IMG/VR virus record: IMGVR_UViG_3300037781_000039
Span: 1-36,366 of that record
DNA length: 36,366 nt
Source: a virus
Lineage: Duplodnaviria > Caudoviricetes
Reading direction: 5' to 3' (one strand)
A program made the translations under genes and the position numbers. This document shows, in pieces, positions 1-8,449 of the stretch; the stretch's first letter is position 1, and every line of letters starts with the position of its first letter. Below the pieces are notes generated by a model that saw only the letters and a list, made by a program, of their open reading frames with translations, ran no database searches and was not told the DNA's origin.

Positions 1-130
1 CACCCTGTCCGCGGGACTTCTCCTGTCTCACGCTCGACGCGCTGCGCGCGCCCGCTCCGACGGGGCGGCGAACGGTCGCCGGGCCGCAGTCGCGGCCTGT
101 GGTGAACTTCGTCGTTTCTGGTTCGCCATG

Positions 131-177
131 TGTAGCGCGACAAATGGTTCTGACGTCAACGACACATGAATCTGTCG
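131..177 (+). repeat. Terminus at the methylase end (attR-like) with putative transposase-binding sites
   Basis: TG terminus, then CGACAAATGGTTCTG (138-152) and CGACACATGAATCTG (160-174) 22 bp apart, plus an inverted CGACA core at 173-177. Confidence 0.8.
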
Positions 178-187
178 CGCCGTCAGA

Positions 188-223
188 CGTTCAATCGAGC
201 CATTCTTCAACCCCGATTGAACG
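188..223. repeat. 10-bp inverted repeat downstream of the methylase gene (possible terminator or protein site)
   Basis: CGTTCAATCG (188-197) and CGATTGAACG (214-223). Confidence 0.45.
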
Positions 224-238
224 CCCTTTCAACGCTCC

Positions 239-1048
239 CTATCGCACGTTCGAGACGATGAGTTCCTGAGCTGGCGTCTTGGAAGCCTTCGACACCGTGT
301 AAGTCGTTTTCACCGTCTCGATATGGAAGTTGCCGAACACCTCGCGGATCTCCGGCACGTCGTTGATCGACAGGATGAAGCGTCCGGTCATGCCCTGCAG
401 CTCTTCGGCCATCCGCTCGTAGTCAGCCCGAGCAAACATGCCCTTCCCATAGTCGTCTTCTCCACCCCAGTAGGGCGGGTCGAGATAGAAGAGCGTGCTC
501 GACCTGTCATAACGGCGCACGAACTGATCCCATGGCAGACACTCGATCACCACCCCTGAAAGCCTGCTGTGCAGATCCTCGAGCATTGGACCCAGCTTCG
601 CGAGATCGAACCGTCCTGGTCGATCTGCACTGACGCCGAATGACTGCCCGGCCACCTTCCCGCCGAAGGCATTGCGCTGCAGGTAAAGGAAGCGCGCAGC
701 CCGTTCGAGGTCCGTCAGGGTGGCCGGGTCTGTCGCAACCAGCCGCTCGAACTCGGCGCGCACCGTCAGCTGGAACCGGATCATGTCCAGGAACGCGATG
801 TAGTGGCGTTGCAGCACCCTGAAGAAGTTGGCGACGTCCTTGTTCAGATCGTTGATGACCTCTGCACGGGGCCGCTCGGTGCGGCGCAGGAACACGCCTG
901 CCATTCCGACGAAGGGCTCGCAGTAGCTGTCGTGCGGCACGTCCTGGATGCGAGCGACCAGGCGCTTGGCAAGGTTCCGCTTGCCACCGAGGTAAGGGGC
1001 GACCGGCCTGACTGGCTGGACTGTGGTGAATTGTGGATTCGACACCAT
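239..1048 (-). CDS. dam: DNA adenine methyltransferase (Dam/D12 family)
   Basis: PYLGGKRNLA, EPFVG (motif I), INDLN, FYLDPPY (motif IV). The frame is open to 1204; ATG at 1048 chosen because the upstream part is hairpin-rich and not methylase-like. Confidence 0.9.
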   Translation of the reverse strand: MVSNPQFTTVQPVRPVAPYLGGKRNLAKRLVARIQDVPHDSYCEPFVGMAGVFLRRTERPRAEVINDLNKDVANFFRVLQRHYIAFLDMIRFQLTVRAEFERLVATDPATLTDLERAARFLYLQRNAFGGKVAGQSFGVSADRPGRFDLAKLGPMLEDLHSRLSGVVIECLPWDQFVRRYDRSSTLFYLDPPYWGGEDDYGKGMFARADYERMAEELQGMTGRFILSINDVPEIREVFGNFHIETVKTTYTVSKASKTPAQELIVSNVR

Positions 1049-1070
1049 CGGGTTTGGGTTCCATTCTTGC

Positions 1071-1186
1071 CCCGCCGCTGTCAGCGGTGGCGGGATCGAC
1101 CGTAGTCGGCCGACTTCGGTTGTGGGTGTGCTAGCACCCGGTTCGGGGCGTGTCCGCGCCCCGGCCCCCGCCTCGTCAGCCAGGGG
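1071..1186 (-). promoter_or_regulatory. Putative structured 5' leader of dam (4-5 tandem hairpins)
   Basis: Inverted repeats at 1071-1094, 1099-1120, 1124-1139, 1144-1163 and a weaker one at 1165-1186. Confidence 0.55.
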
Positions 1187-1200
1187 ATCGTCCAGCCTCA

Positions 1201-2172
1201 TCACCGCTTCGGTGCCTCGGCATTGATGCGTGTCAGCCAGCCGCTCTGGTCAAGGGTGTGCTCCACACGGGTAATGGTCCAGGAGCCGTCCACGCCGCTA
1301 CGGACGCCCGAGAGGCTCAGCTTCCCTTCAGCGATCAGATCAGACCGGCCTGACGTTGTGAGGCTCAGGCTGGCCTGACCACGCTGCAGTGCCGACAGCC
1401 TGGCTCTTGCTGCGGCCCGCGCCTGCTCGGGATCAGGGAACGTGAACCGGATCGTGTAGGCCGGATCATCCGTCCCTGCGCGCTCAGCCGTCCGCACGGC
1501 AGATCCGGTGTCCTGCCAATATGCGATGACAGACTGGTACCGCCCGCGATCAGCGGCGCGCATCCGCCATTGCAACAGGTCCGTCTGCCCAAGGGACACC
1601 TCGGGCAGTGCCAGCCCGGCTGCGGATCGTGCTTCACCCCGTGGCACCATCAACAGGTGACCGAAGGCTGGCTTCGCAATGGCGTCGTACTGACGCGCCA
1701 GACGGGTCAACAGGTGCAGGTCGCTCTCTTCTGTCTGATCCAGATGCCCGATCTGGACCGATGCCAGCGATGCGGCCACCTTCGGCGTGAGGCCATGTTC
1801 GGCAGAGACGCGGCTGACCAGGTCGCCGAGGGTGATCCTGTCGAAACCTCTGGTCTTGCGCGTCTTCAGTGATGCCCGCATGTCCGCTGCCTTGCCCACG
1901 ATCAGCAACGACGCGGGCGGGCCTTCCAGACCGATCTCGTCCACCGTGTACCGCCCGATGGTGACCACACCGGCTTCCTTCGTGCCCAGGTCCAGTTCGA
2001 GCGCTGCACCCGTTGGCGGCACGGCGATGGCACTCCCGCGATCATCCAGTCGGACCTCCAGGCTGTCGCTCTGCTCACCGGCCTCATCAATGGTCCGGAG
2101 GCTCACCATGCGATCACGGACCAGGGCGCTGATGTCAGCGCCATCTGCACGCAACTGGAAGACAGGTGTCAT
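1201..2172 (-). CDS. Baseplate hub / late control D family protein (P2 gpD-like)
   Basis: MTPVFQLRADGADIS, DEAGEQSDSLEVRLDD, DQTEESDLHLLTRLARQYDA, GSWTITRVEH; follows tail X; start at ATG 2172. Confidence 0.9.
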   Translation of the reverse strand: MTPVFQLRADGADISALVRDRMVSLRTIDEAGEQSDSLEVRLDDRGSAIAVPPTGAALELDLGTKEAGVVTIGRYTVDEIGLEGPPASLLIVGKAADMRASLKTRKTRGFDRITLGDLVSRVSAEHGLTPKVAASLASVQIGHLDQTEESDLHLLTRLARQYDAIAKPAFGHLLMVPRGEARSAAGLALPEVSLGQTDLLQWRMRAADRGRYQSVIAYWQDTGSAVRTAERAGTDDPAYTIRFTFPDPEQARAAARARLSALQRGQASLSLTTSGRSDLIAEGKLSLSGVRSGVDGSWTITRVEHTLDQSGWLTRINAEAPKR

Positions 2173-2174
2173 GA

Positions 2175-2384
2175 TCAGTCCCAGAGACGGATCGTGGTTG
2201 AGGGATTGGTTTTCGGAGCGTCCGGCAGGCGAACGACAATTCCTGCCTCGAGCACCGGGCCACGGGCTGCCAGTCCGGGATTGGCAGCCAGAACCGCTTC
2301 GGCGGCGCTCGCCTGCTGGCCATAGACCCGCCAGCAGATCAGATCGACGCTGTCGCCATCCTTGGTGACATAACGGTCCATCAC
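2175..2384 (-). CDS. Tail protein X (P2 gpX, LysM-like)
   Basis: YVTKDGDSVDLICWRVYG, VLAANPGLA, C-terminal IRLWD; lies between gpU and gpD. Confidence 0.9.
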   Translation of the reverse strand: MMDRYVTKDGDSVDLICWRVYGQQASAAEAVLAANPGLAARGPVLEAGIVVRLPDAPKTNPSTTIRLWD

Positions 2385-2773
2385 AGATCCTCGCCGTATC
2401 GGGTGAGGGACAGGTTGAACGCCATCCGCCTCGGGATTCCGATCTGATCAGGTCGCGCCTGCTCTTCCATGACACGGGTGATGACGTACTGCCCCCAGAC
2501 CCGTCCGCGCCCATCGACCAGTTGCAGCGGCTCGCCAGCTCCGGCCTCGGCTCTCATGCGATCCACCTGCGCCAGGCCCCCCCTGAAATGAGGATAGACA
2601 GTGCCTCTCAGCTCGATGGTCTCGGCACCCGCACCAACGAACTGATGCGACGGCTCCCGACCGACGCGGTCCTGCGCGGACCACCTGTAGGCGGACGTCC
2701 TGGTCAGGCCCTGATAGGCCGCGCTGTCCAGGGAAAACCGGAACTGCCCCAGTGCCATCATGATCTCAGTCAT
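2381..2773 (-). CDS. P2 GpU-family tail protein
   Basis: MMALGQFRFSL, QFVGAGAETIELRG, LVDGRGRVWGQYVI; start at ATG 2773, directly after the tape measure gene. Confidence 0.9.
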   Translation of the reverse strand: MTEIMMALGQFRFSLDSAAYQGLTRTSAYRWSAQDRVGREPSHQFVGAGAETIELRGTVYPHFRGGLAQVDRMRAEAGAGEPLQLVDGRGRVWGQYVITRVMEEQARPDQIGIPRRMAFNLSLTRYGEDL

Positions 2774-5282
2774 GCAGCGCACCTCGCTGACGCTCTTCCA
2801 GCACACGGGCCACCTGTTCGGCGATCTCGCGTGCATCCTGACCTGGTGTCGGATGGATCACGATCTCGATCTTCTGATCCACATTGTTCTCGGTCCTGGC
2901 ACTGGCCGGAGGCACAAGGGCCAGCGTGCCTGCCGCTGCCACGGTCGCCAGCCGCGTACCCACCCGCACCGCCTGCGAGGCACTGCTCTGCCTGCCCCTG
3001 CCCTTGAGCTCAGGGTCGGGGGCATCATCTTCCTCTTCGTCATCGCCGAAGATGCCACCGACCTTTTCCGTGACCCATGACGCCGCTCCCGCCACCCGGT
3101 CCACGACGTTTGTGATGATCCCGACGGCCTTGCCGAACCGCCGTTCGATCCAGCCCCAGAGATCATCGAAGAACCCCCTCAACGGCCCCCATGCCTGAGT
3201 GATGATACCGACCGGCGACCACATCAGGATGGTTTGCAGTCCCTCCCAGGCACCTTCGAAGAGCGCTCCCAGCCAGTCGATGAAGCGCTGCCAATAGGGT
3301 TGGATCGGCTCCCATATCCGAAGAAAGAACCCGCTGACTTCCTCCCAGTGCTCGATGACAGCCCATGCAGCCAGACCTATGGCAGTCACGATGGCACCAA
3401 TCGGATTGGCCATGAGTGCAGCCCCGATCACGCGCAGGCCTGCGGCAAGAGCCGGTATGGCGTTTGAGGCAATGGCGATGATGGCAGCTTTCAGACCTAC
3501 GAACACGGGACCTATCAGCGCCAGCACGGCACTGGCCTTCGCGACGGCGAAGCCGAGCACGGCCCATGAACCGACGAGAGCTGCAATGCCGATGAACAGC
3601 GGCGCGACCACTGATGCGATCACCCCGATGACAGCGGCGACCGCGCCAAGCGTTGTGGCGAGTTCCGGATTGCGTTCCACCCAGTTCTCGACTGCCGTGA
3701 TCGCCGCATCGAACTTCGGCAGGAGCCTGTCGATCACTGGCACCAGGCGCTCGCCGATGGTTGTCTTCATCGAATCCCAGCGTTGTGTGATCAGCGCCAG
3801 ACGGCTGTCGAAGTTCCTGTCAGCGATGCGCGCCATCTGCTCGGCAAACGAAAGGCCCTGCTGCGACGCTGATCGGAGTGCTGCCGCATTGGCCTCCAGG
3901 GCATCATGCTGCCCCCAGAGCGCCTGAATCAGCTTTACCGCCTCGGTCGATCCGAAGGCTTCCTTGATCTCGGCTGCTTCGATGGCGTCCAGCGTTTCAC
4001 CGTAGCGATCTGTCAGATCAGAAAGGATGTCTGGCATCTGCCGCAGCATGCCGTTCTCATCGATGACGCGCACCATGATCGGGTTGTCACCCGTCAGCGC
4101 CAGTTCATCGAGCTTCTCCTGTGCCCGCGCGGCGTTCTCCGCGAACGATCTGAGCGCGGTACCGGCTTCGCCAGACGTCATCGATGTCTGCATCATGCCG
4201 AGCACGGCCAGTTGCTCGCGCATGTCCATGCCGAGGTTGACGGCAAAGGCACCGGCGCTCTCAATCGCGCGCTGCATCTTGCCGCCGGTTGTCTTGAACT
4301 GCTGCACCGATTTCGACAGCGCCGCGGCGAACAGCTCACCGAACTGGCCGTCTCCGAGATCCGAGAACTGCCGCTTGAACAGGCCATGCGCGGTCGCGAA
4401 CAGGCTTGTCATCTGCTCGGTGCCTGCCTTGGTAGCCTTGGCGGTCACAGCTGCTGCGGCTGTCATCGCAGCCACGCCTTCGTCGGACAGCCCTGCGATG
4501 CCAGACCGGATGTCGTAGGCCGCTGTCACGAAACCCGCAGCGGTGATCCCGGCGATGCGGTTCTGCAGTGCCCGGCCACGCGCGACGATGATGTCGATCT
4601 CTTCGACACCCAGTGTCGCCAGCTCGCCTTTCGCACGCTCGAGCGACCGGACGCCATCGAGCATGCCGAGGGTGCTGTTGGCAATTCCGCGCGCCACCGA
4701 TCCGGCGGCCTGCGACACGAAACGCATGTTTGCCGCTGTCTGAAGTCCCTTGCCCATCCGGTCGCGGGCACGCTCGACCCGCGCCGCGAGCTCTTCGATC
4801 CTCTTCAGCCGTTCCTGGTGCTGCTGCAGGGCACGGTTGGCGTCTGTCGTGTCGCGCCGAAGCCTGGTCTGGGCTGCCGCCAGGCGCTCCGTCGAAACGC
4901 CAGCATCGCGCAGCTCGGCACGGGCGCGCTGCAGGGTCGAGATGTTTCTCGCATGCGAATCCTTGAGCCGCTTCGCCTCCTGGGTGGCACGATAGAAGGA
5001 GTGCCTCAGATCATCGGACGGTTCCTCGGCATTCCGGAGTTCCCTGGCAAGCTTCGCGGCCCTGTCCTGCGCATGCTTCAGGGCTCCGGCGCTGTGTTCG
5101 CTGGCATTCTTCAGTTCGACAAACCGGTCGACTGCGCCCTGCTGTTTGCCCAGATCGCTCAGGCGTCTTTCGGCCTGCGAGACCACCTTGGTAGTGGCGG
5201 CGAGACTGCCCTTCACGCCTCTGAGCGGGCGGGTGAGCTGATCAACGGCACTGATTACCACTGCAAGATTGAGGTTGGACAC
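2766..5282 (-). CDS. Tail tape measure protein
   Basis: 838 aa, Ala-rich helical; N-terminal AVDQLTRP, hydrophobic segment and ANPIG motif in the C-terminal half; position after the tail chaperones. Confidence 0.93.
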   Translation of the reverse strand: MSNLNLAVVISAVDQLTRPLRGVKGSLAATTKVVSQAERRLSDLGKQQGAVDRFVELKNASEHSAGALKHAQDRAAKLARELRNAEEPSDDLRHSFYRATQEAKRLKDSHARNISTLQRARAELRDAGVSTERLAAAQTRLRRDTTDANRALQQHQERLKRIEELAARVERARDRMGKGLQTAANMRFVSQAAGSVARGIANSTLGMLDGVRSLERAKGELATLGVEEIDIIVARGRALQNRIAGITAAGFVTAAYDIRSGIAGLSDEGVAAMTAAAAVTAKATKAGTEQMTSLFATAHGLFKRQFSDLGDGQFGELFAAALSKSVQQFKTTGGKMQRAIESAGAFAVNLGMDMREQLAVLGMMQTSMTSGEAGTALRSFAENAARAQEKLDELALTGDNPIMVRVIDENGMLRQMPDILSDLTDRYGETLDAIEAAEIKEAFGSTEAVKLIQALWGQHDALEANAAALRSASQQGLSFAEQMARIADRNFDSRLALITQRWDSMKTTIGERLVPVIDRLLPKFDAAITAVENWVERNPELATTLGAVAAVIGVIASVVAPLFIGIAALVGSWAVLGFAVAKASAVLALIGPVFVGLKAAIIAIASNAIPALAAGLRVIGAALMANPIGAIVTAIGLAAWAVIEHWEEVSGFFLRIWEPIQPYWQRFIDWLGALFEGAWEGLQTILMWSPVGIITQAWGPLRGFFDDLWGWIERRFGKAVGIITNVVDRVAGAASWVTEKVGGIFGDDEEEDDAPDPELKGRGRQSSASQAVRVGTRLATVAAAGTLALVPPASARTENNVDQKIEIVIHPTPGQDAREIAEQVARVLEERQRGALHD

Positions 5283-5296
5283 CCTATATAGCCCTT

Positions 5297-5596
5297 ATGG
5301 TTCTGGTCCTGATCATCATCGCGACTGCTTTCGGTGGCATCGCCTGGCTCGCTGCATCGACCGTTGCCGAGCTCTATGGCCTTGGCTGGGGCGCGGCTGT
5401 CGTCGCCGCCCTGTTGGCATTTCTGTGGTTCGGCTGGTCGCTGACCAGGTCAGTCATCGGAGATGATGACCACCGCCGGAACGATGGTGGCGAAGCGGCG
5501 ACAGTTGAGCCCACCGACCGGTCACCGCTTGCCACCCTCCGCAGAGCCGAACAGCGTCTGAAGTCGATCCGAAGCAAGCGCAGCCCACTTCGATAG
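5297..5596 (+). CDS. Small two-TM membrane protein on the opposite strand (moron-like)
   Basis: 99 aa with two hydrophobic segments then a charged tail; fills the gap between gpE' and the tape measure gene. Confidence 0.55.
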   Translation: MVLVLIIIATAFGGIAWLAASTVAELYGLGWGAAVVAALLAFLWFGWSLTRSVIGDDDHRRNDGGEAATVEPTDRSPLATLRRAEQRLKSIRSKRSPLR

Positions 5597-5662
5597 TTCG
5601 TCGAAGGCCATGGGCTCCATGACATCGGGTGACCAGTGAAACGCCACCGCCACATCGGCCAT
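5522..5662 (-). CDS. GpE'-like tail chaperone extension (probably made by -1 frameshift)
   Basis: MADVAVAFHWSPDVMEPMAFDELSKW resembles the P2 GpE' segment; this frame is open upstream through the slippery site. Confidence 0.85.
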   Translation of the reverse strand: MADVAVAFHWSPDVMEPMAFDELSKWAALASDRLQTLFGSAEGGKR

Positions 5663-5991
5663 CAGCTCTTCGACGTCGTCGGCAACTGGGCTGCCTCCAC
5701 GTCCGAGGGCACGAAAAAAAGCATGGCCTCGCTCGCGAGCGTGGCGAAGTCGGATGGACCCATGTGATTGATGATGTCCGCTTCTGACAGATGCGGCTCG
5801 CTGATCCGGGAGATCAGCGTCGTCATGCACCGGCCTTCCATCTGAAACACATCGAGCATTTTCAGGCCCCGCAGCTCACCCACGTTTGGCTTGCGCAGGC
5901 GCACGGCTTCGATGGTGGTTTCACCCAGCGTGATGGGCTCATCCAGTGGCACGTCCTTGAGCATCCTGTTCATCTCCTTTTCAAGCGGCAT
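5662..5991 (-). CDS. Tail assembly chaperone (P2 gpE / Mu gp41-like)
   Basis: LDEPITLGETTIEAVRLRKPNVGELRGL, DFATL; lies between tube and tape measure genes; start may be 5973 or 5964. Confidence 0.88.
   Translation of the reverse strand: MPLEKEMNRMLKDVPLDEPITLGETTIEAVRLRKPNVGELRGLKMLDVFQMEGRCMTTLISRISEPHLSEADIINHMGPSDFATLASEAMLFFVPSDVEAAQLPTTSKS
5713..5719 (-). promoter_or_regulatory. -1 programmed ribosomal frameshift slippery heptamer T TTT TTC
   Basis: ATG CTT TTT TTC GTG in the gpE frame; the -1 frame continues FRALGRGG...MADVAVAFHW. Confidence 0.8.
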
Positions 5992-6025
5992 TCAATGCCG
6001 TGTGGGGTCGATCACGTGGTCCGGG

Positions 6026-6523
6026 TCAGATACCGAGGGCGCGCCGCTGCTGCTCGAGCTGGTCGATGGCACCGACCCGGCGGATCATGTTCACCATGTC
6101 CACTTCGATCACATCGCTGCTGTCGATCGACACCTTCACGTAGGTGGCGGTGAAGGCGCATTTCAGGCGGGCACTGTCGCCGCGTTTCATGCCTCCGGGG
6201 TCCATTTGCTTCATCAGGCAGCGCATCTGATAGATCACGCTCTCGGTGGTGCCATCGGCTACCTGCGCCCCACGAATGGTGATCGGCAGGTCGGGGACGC
6301 CGAGGTGGCGATAGAGCACCGGATTGTATTCGGCGAACGTGATCTCGCCTTCCAGCTTCTCCATGGCACCCATGTCCAGATCGACGGGTCCGGCCATGCC
6401 GCCACCCTCGTATTCCTCTGTCTTGATGGTGAGTGTCGGCGGGGTGCATTCCTCGACCAGGCCGGCCCAGCCGACGCCGTCGATGAAGCAGGTGAAGTTG
6501 CGCAGGATACGGGGCAGTGCCAT
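6026..6523 (-). CDS. Major tail tube protein (P2 FII family)
   Basis: MALPRILRNF, TEEYEGGGMAGPVDLDMG, IEVDMVNMIRRVG; follows the sheath gene. Confidence 0.93.
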   Translation of the reverse strand: MALPRILRNFTCFIDGVGWAGLVEECTPPTLTIKTEEYEGGGMAGPVDLDMGAMEKLEGEITFAEYNPVLYRHLGVPDLPITIRGAQVADGTTESVIYQMRCLMKQMDPGGMKRGDSARLKCAFTATYVKVSIDSSDVIEVDMVNMIRRVGAIDQLEQQRRALGI

Positions 6524-6563
6524 CTGATAGCTCCTTGGAGATTTGGGTGGTGTGACGCGGTGA

Positions 6564-7757
6564 TCAGGCTGCCTGGATCACCTGTTCGACCAGTTCCTCG
6601 TAGTAGGTGCCGTTGCGGTGGACACGGAACGACAGCCGCTCGAGCGGCGCGGGCGGCTCGATGTCCAGATCGACATAGAGCTGACCGGCCAGCAGCGTGG
6701 CCTGGGTGTTCAGTTCCGGATCGAGCCAGACCTTGCCATTGATGATGGCACCAAGCGCCTTCAGCTGGCGCAGGTAGGCCGAAACGCTGTCCTGGATGTC
6801 CAGGATCAGCTGGGCGGAGAACGGCTTGTCCATGGCCCAGAGGAACGACTGCTCCAGAGCCTCGTAGATCATGTCGGCAGTGCGGCGCACCGACAGGAAC
6901 ACCCAGAGTGCATCGGAGGCGACGGTGCGGTTGCCCCAGAGGCGGAACCCGTCACGCTGGATGATGGTCGCCACCTTGCCTTCGTTGAGCAGGTTGGACG
7001 CGGACGCCGCATTCGACATCTGGAAGTCGATGGGACGTGCGACACCCACGATCCCGGCGATTACCTGGTTGGACGGCGAAAACCAGAAGCCACGTTCGCT
7101 GTCACTCTTGGCGATCAGACCGGCCACGCGACCGGATGCAGGCTGGATGACGTTGGCCTGGGCCACCGTGTCAAAGACCTTCACGTGCGGATCAACGATG
7201 AACAGCCGGTCAGAGCCGAAGTCTTCCGCATAGGTGATTGCATCAGCATCGTTGGTGTTGGGTCCGTCCGCGATGACGACGGCGCGCAGCCGGGCGGCAA
7301 TGACCAGCAACTCGGCAACCACCGGATTGGCGGCACCTTCGGGACGGTCGGAAGTGAACCCGGGCGCGATCAGGATGCGGGGTGTGACCTTGACGGCGGT
7401 CTCGGCGCCGAGGAACGCATGCACACCCGTGTTCAGGGTTGCATCTCCGATGACGGCCGCACGGGTCGCATCCGCGTCAACACCTTCATCGACGCGGACA
7501 ACGACGACGGACGCGCCTGCCTGGTCGTAGATGGCATCGACAGCATCCTTCAGGGTGCCTTCGCCGTCGCCGGTGGTGTCCAGGCTGGCCGCCAGACGGG
7601 GCGTACCTGCCAGCAGGACCGGCGTATTGAGCGGGAAGATGTCGGCATCAGCGTCCGGTGCCGTGCCGATCAGGCCGATCACGCCCGAACGGGCTGCCGT
7701 GATCGGACGAATGCCATCGCTGATCTCGATGGTCTCGATGCCATGCAGAAATGCCAT
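6564..7757 (-). CDS. Contractile tail sheath protein (P2 FI family)
   Basis: FLHGIETIE, PRILIAPGF, GFWFSPSNQ, GFRLWGNRT, FLSVRRTAD. Confidence 0.95.
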   Translation of the reverse strand: MAFLHGIETIEISDGIRPITAARSGVIGLIGTAPDADADIFPLNTPVLLAGTPRLAASLDTTGDGEGTLKDAVDAIYDQAGASVVVVRVDEGVDADATRAAVIGDATLNTGVHAFLGAETAVKVTPRILIAPGFTSDRPEGAANPVVAELLVIAARLRAVVIADGPNTNDADAITYAEDFGSDRLFIVDPHVKVFDTVAQANVIQPASGRVAGLIAKSDSERGFWFSPSNQVIAGIVGVARPIDFQMSNAASASNLLNEGKVATIIQRDGFRLWGNRTVASDALWVFLSVRRTADMIYEALEQSFLWAMDKPFSAQLILDIQDSVSAYLRQLKALGAIINGKVWLDPELNTQATLLAGQLYVDLDIEPPAPLERLSFRVHRNGTYYEELVEQVIQAA

Positions 7758-7769
7758 GATGCGTGCTCC

Positions 7770-8249
7770 TTAAGCGGGATCGACGGGGGTGGAGATTGTG
7801 AGGTCTGTAAGGTCGGACCACGCCTTCAGGCGTCTGTCTGTGACCTCGTTGAGAGCAGGAATATCAAGCGGTCTGGCCTGCATCGTGTCGGCGATCAGAC
7901 GCCAGGCGTCACCGTCCCAGGCCATGCAGGCAACGTGATCTTCAGCCAGGGCATCGCTCTCATCGGTGTCGAAGTATCCGATGCGTATGGCATGCCTGAT
8001 GTGTTCGTCGGCGACGTGGTCAGGCTTGCCCCATGCCTTCGCGGAAATCCCGTGCAGTTGCAGTGCGCAGTTCAGCGCATAGGTCTTGCAGTTGCCGATG
8101 AGACGCTCGCCGGGGTCCATCTCCCGGTCCACGAAACGCTGATGGATTTCCCATTGCGGCTGGTCGGCGACGTAGCGCAGATGGCGGAAGGCATACTCCG
8201 CAACGTCGCGCATGAAGGTGATCGAGATCCGGGTGCGAAGCTGGGTCAT
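7770..8249 (-). CDS. Putative transglutaminase-like cysteine protease (BTLCP-like catalytic domain)
   Basis: LRYVAD, GNCKTYA (compare BTLCP GDCEDYA), HVAC and LIADT give a plausible Cys-His-Asp triad; ATGA overlap with the upstream ORF. Confidence 0.6.
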   Translation of the reverse strand: MTQLRTRISITFMRDVAEYAFRHLRYVADQPQWEIHQRFVDREMDPGERLIGNCKTYALNCALQLHGISAKAWGKPDHVADEHIRHAIRIGYFDTDESDALAEDHVACMAWDGDAWRLIADTMQARPLDIPALNEVTDRRLKAWSDLTDLTISTPVDPA

Positions 8250-8449
8250 CTGCCGAGGCCCTTCGTGAAGCGCTCGCAACCCACGGCTTCGGGATGCTTG
8301 AGGCAGAGTTGCATCATGGCGGGTCGGATCTGCTTTGGTCCTGCCGCTTCAGGGTCGCGGGCATTGACCGTGCCGTCGCAGCCGCAGAGCAACAGACCGA
8401 CAATCGCGATCAGCAGGGCGGTGCTGAGTGTCCCGACCTGCCAGTTCAT
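8246..8449 (-). CDS. Small predicted lipoprotein with a Cys pair
   Basis: Hydrophobic signal ending in lipobox-like LLCG-C, then PAMMQLCLKHPEAVGC; ATGA overlaps on both sides. Confidence 0.65.
   Translation of the reverse strand: MNWQVGTLSTALLIAIVGLLLCGCDGTVNARDPEAAGPKQIRPAMMQLCLKHPEAVGCERFTKGLGR

Noticed and set aside
1-9. CACCCTGTC also occurs at 35945-35953, a possible att-like direct repeat
   Set aside because: Only 9 bp, one copy lies outside the TG...CA ends, and the element has a transposase rather than an integrase
1049-1204. Possible com (zinc-finger translational activator) gene upstream of dam
   Set aside because: No ORF with paired CxxC motifs on the - strand
2172-2514. Long N-terminal extensions in the ORF track (gpD from 2514; also 26338, 33738, 25488, 29181)
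   Set aside because: They overlap well-supported upstream genes; internal ATGs with coupling or RBS give family-typical lengths
2875-2883. TGATCCACA DnaA-box-like 9-mer
   Set aside because: Single copy inside the tape measure coding region, compatible with chance; no cluster suggesting an origin
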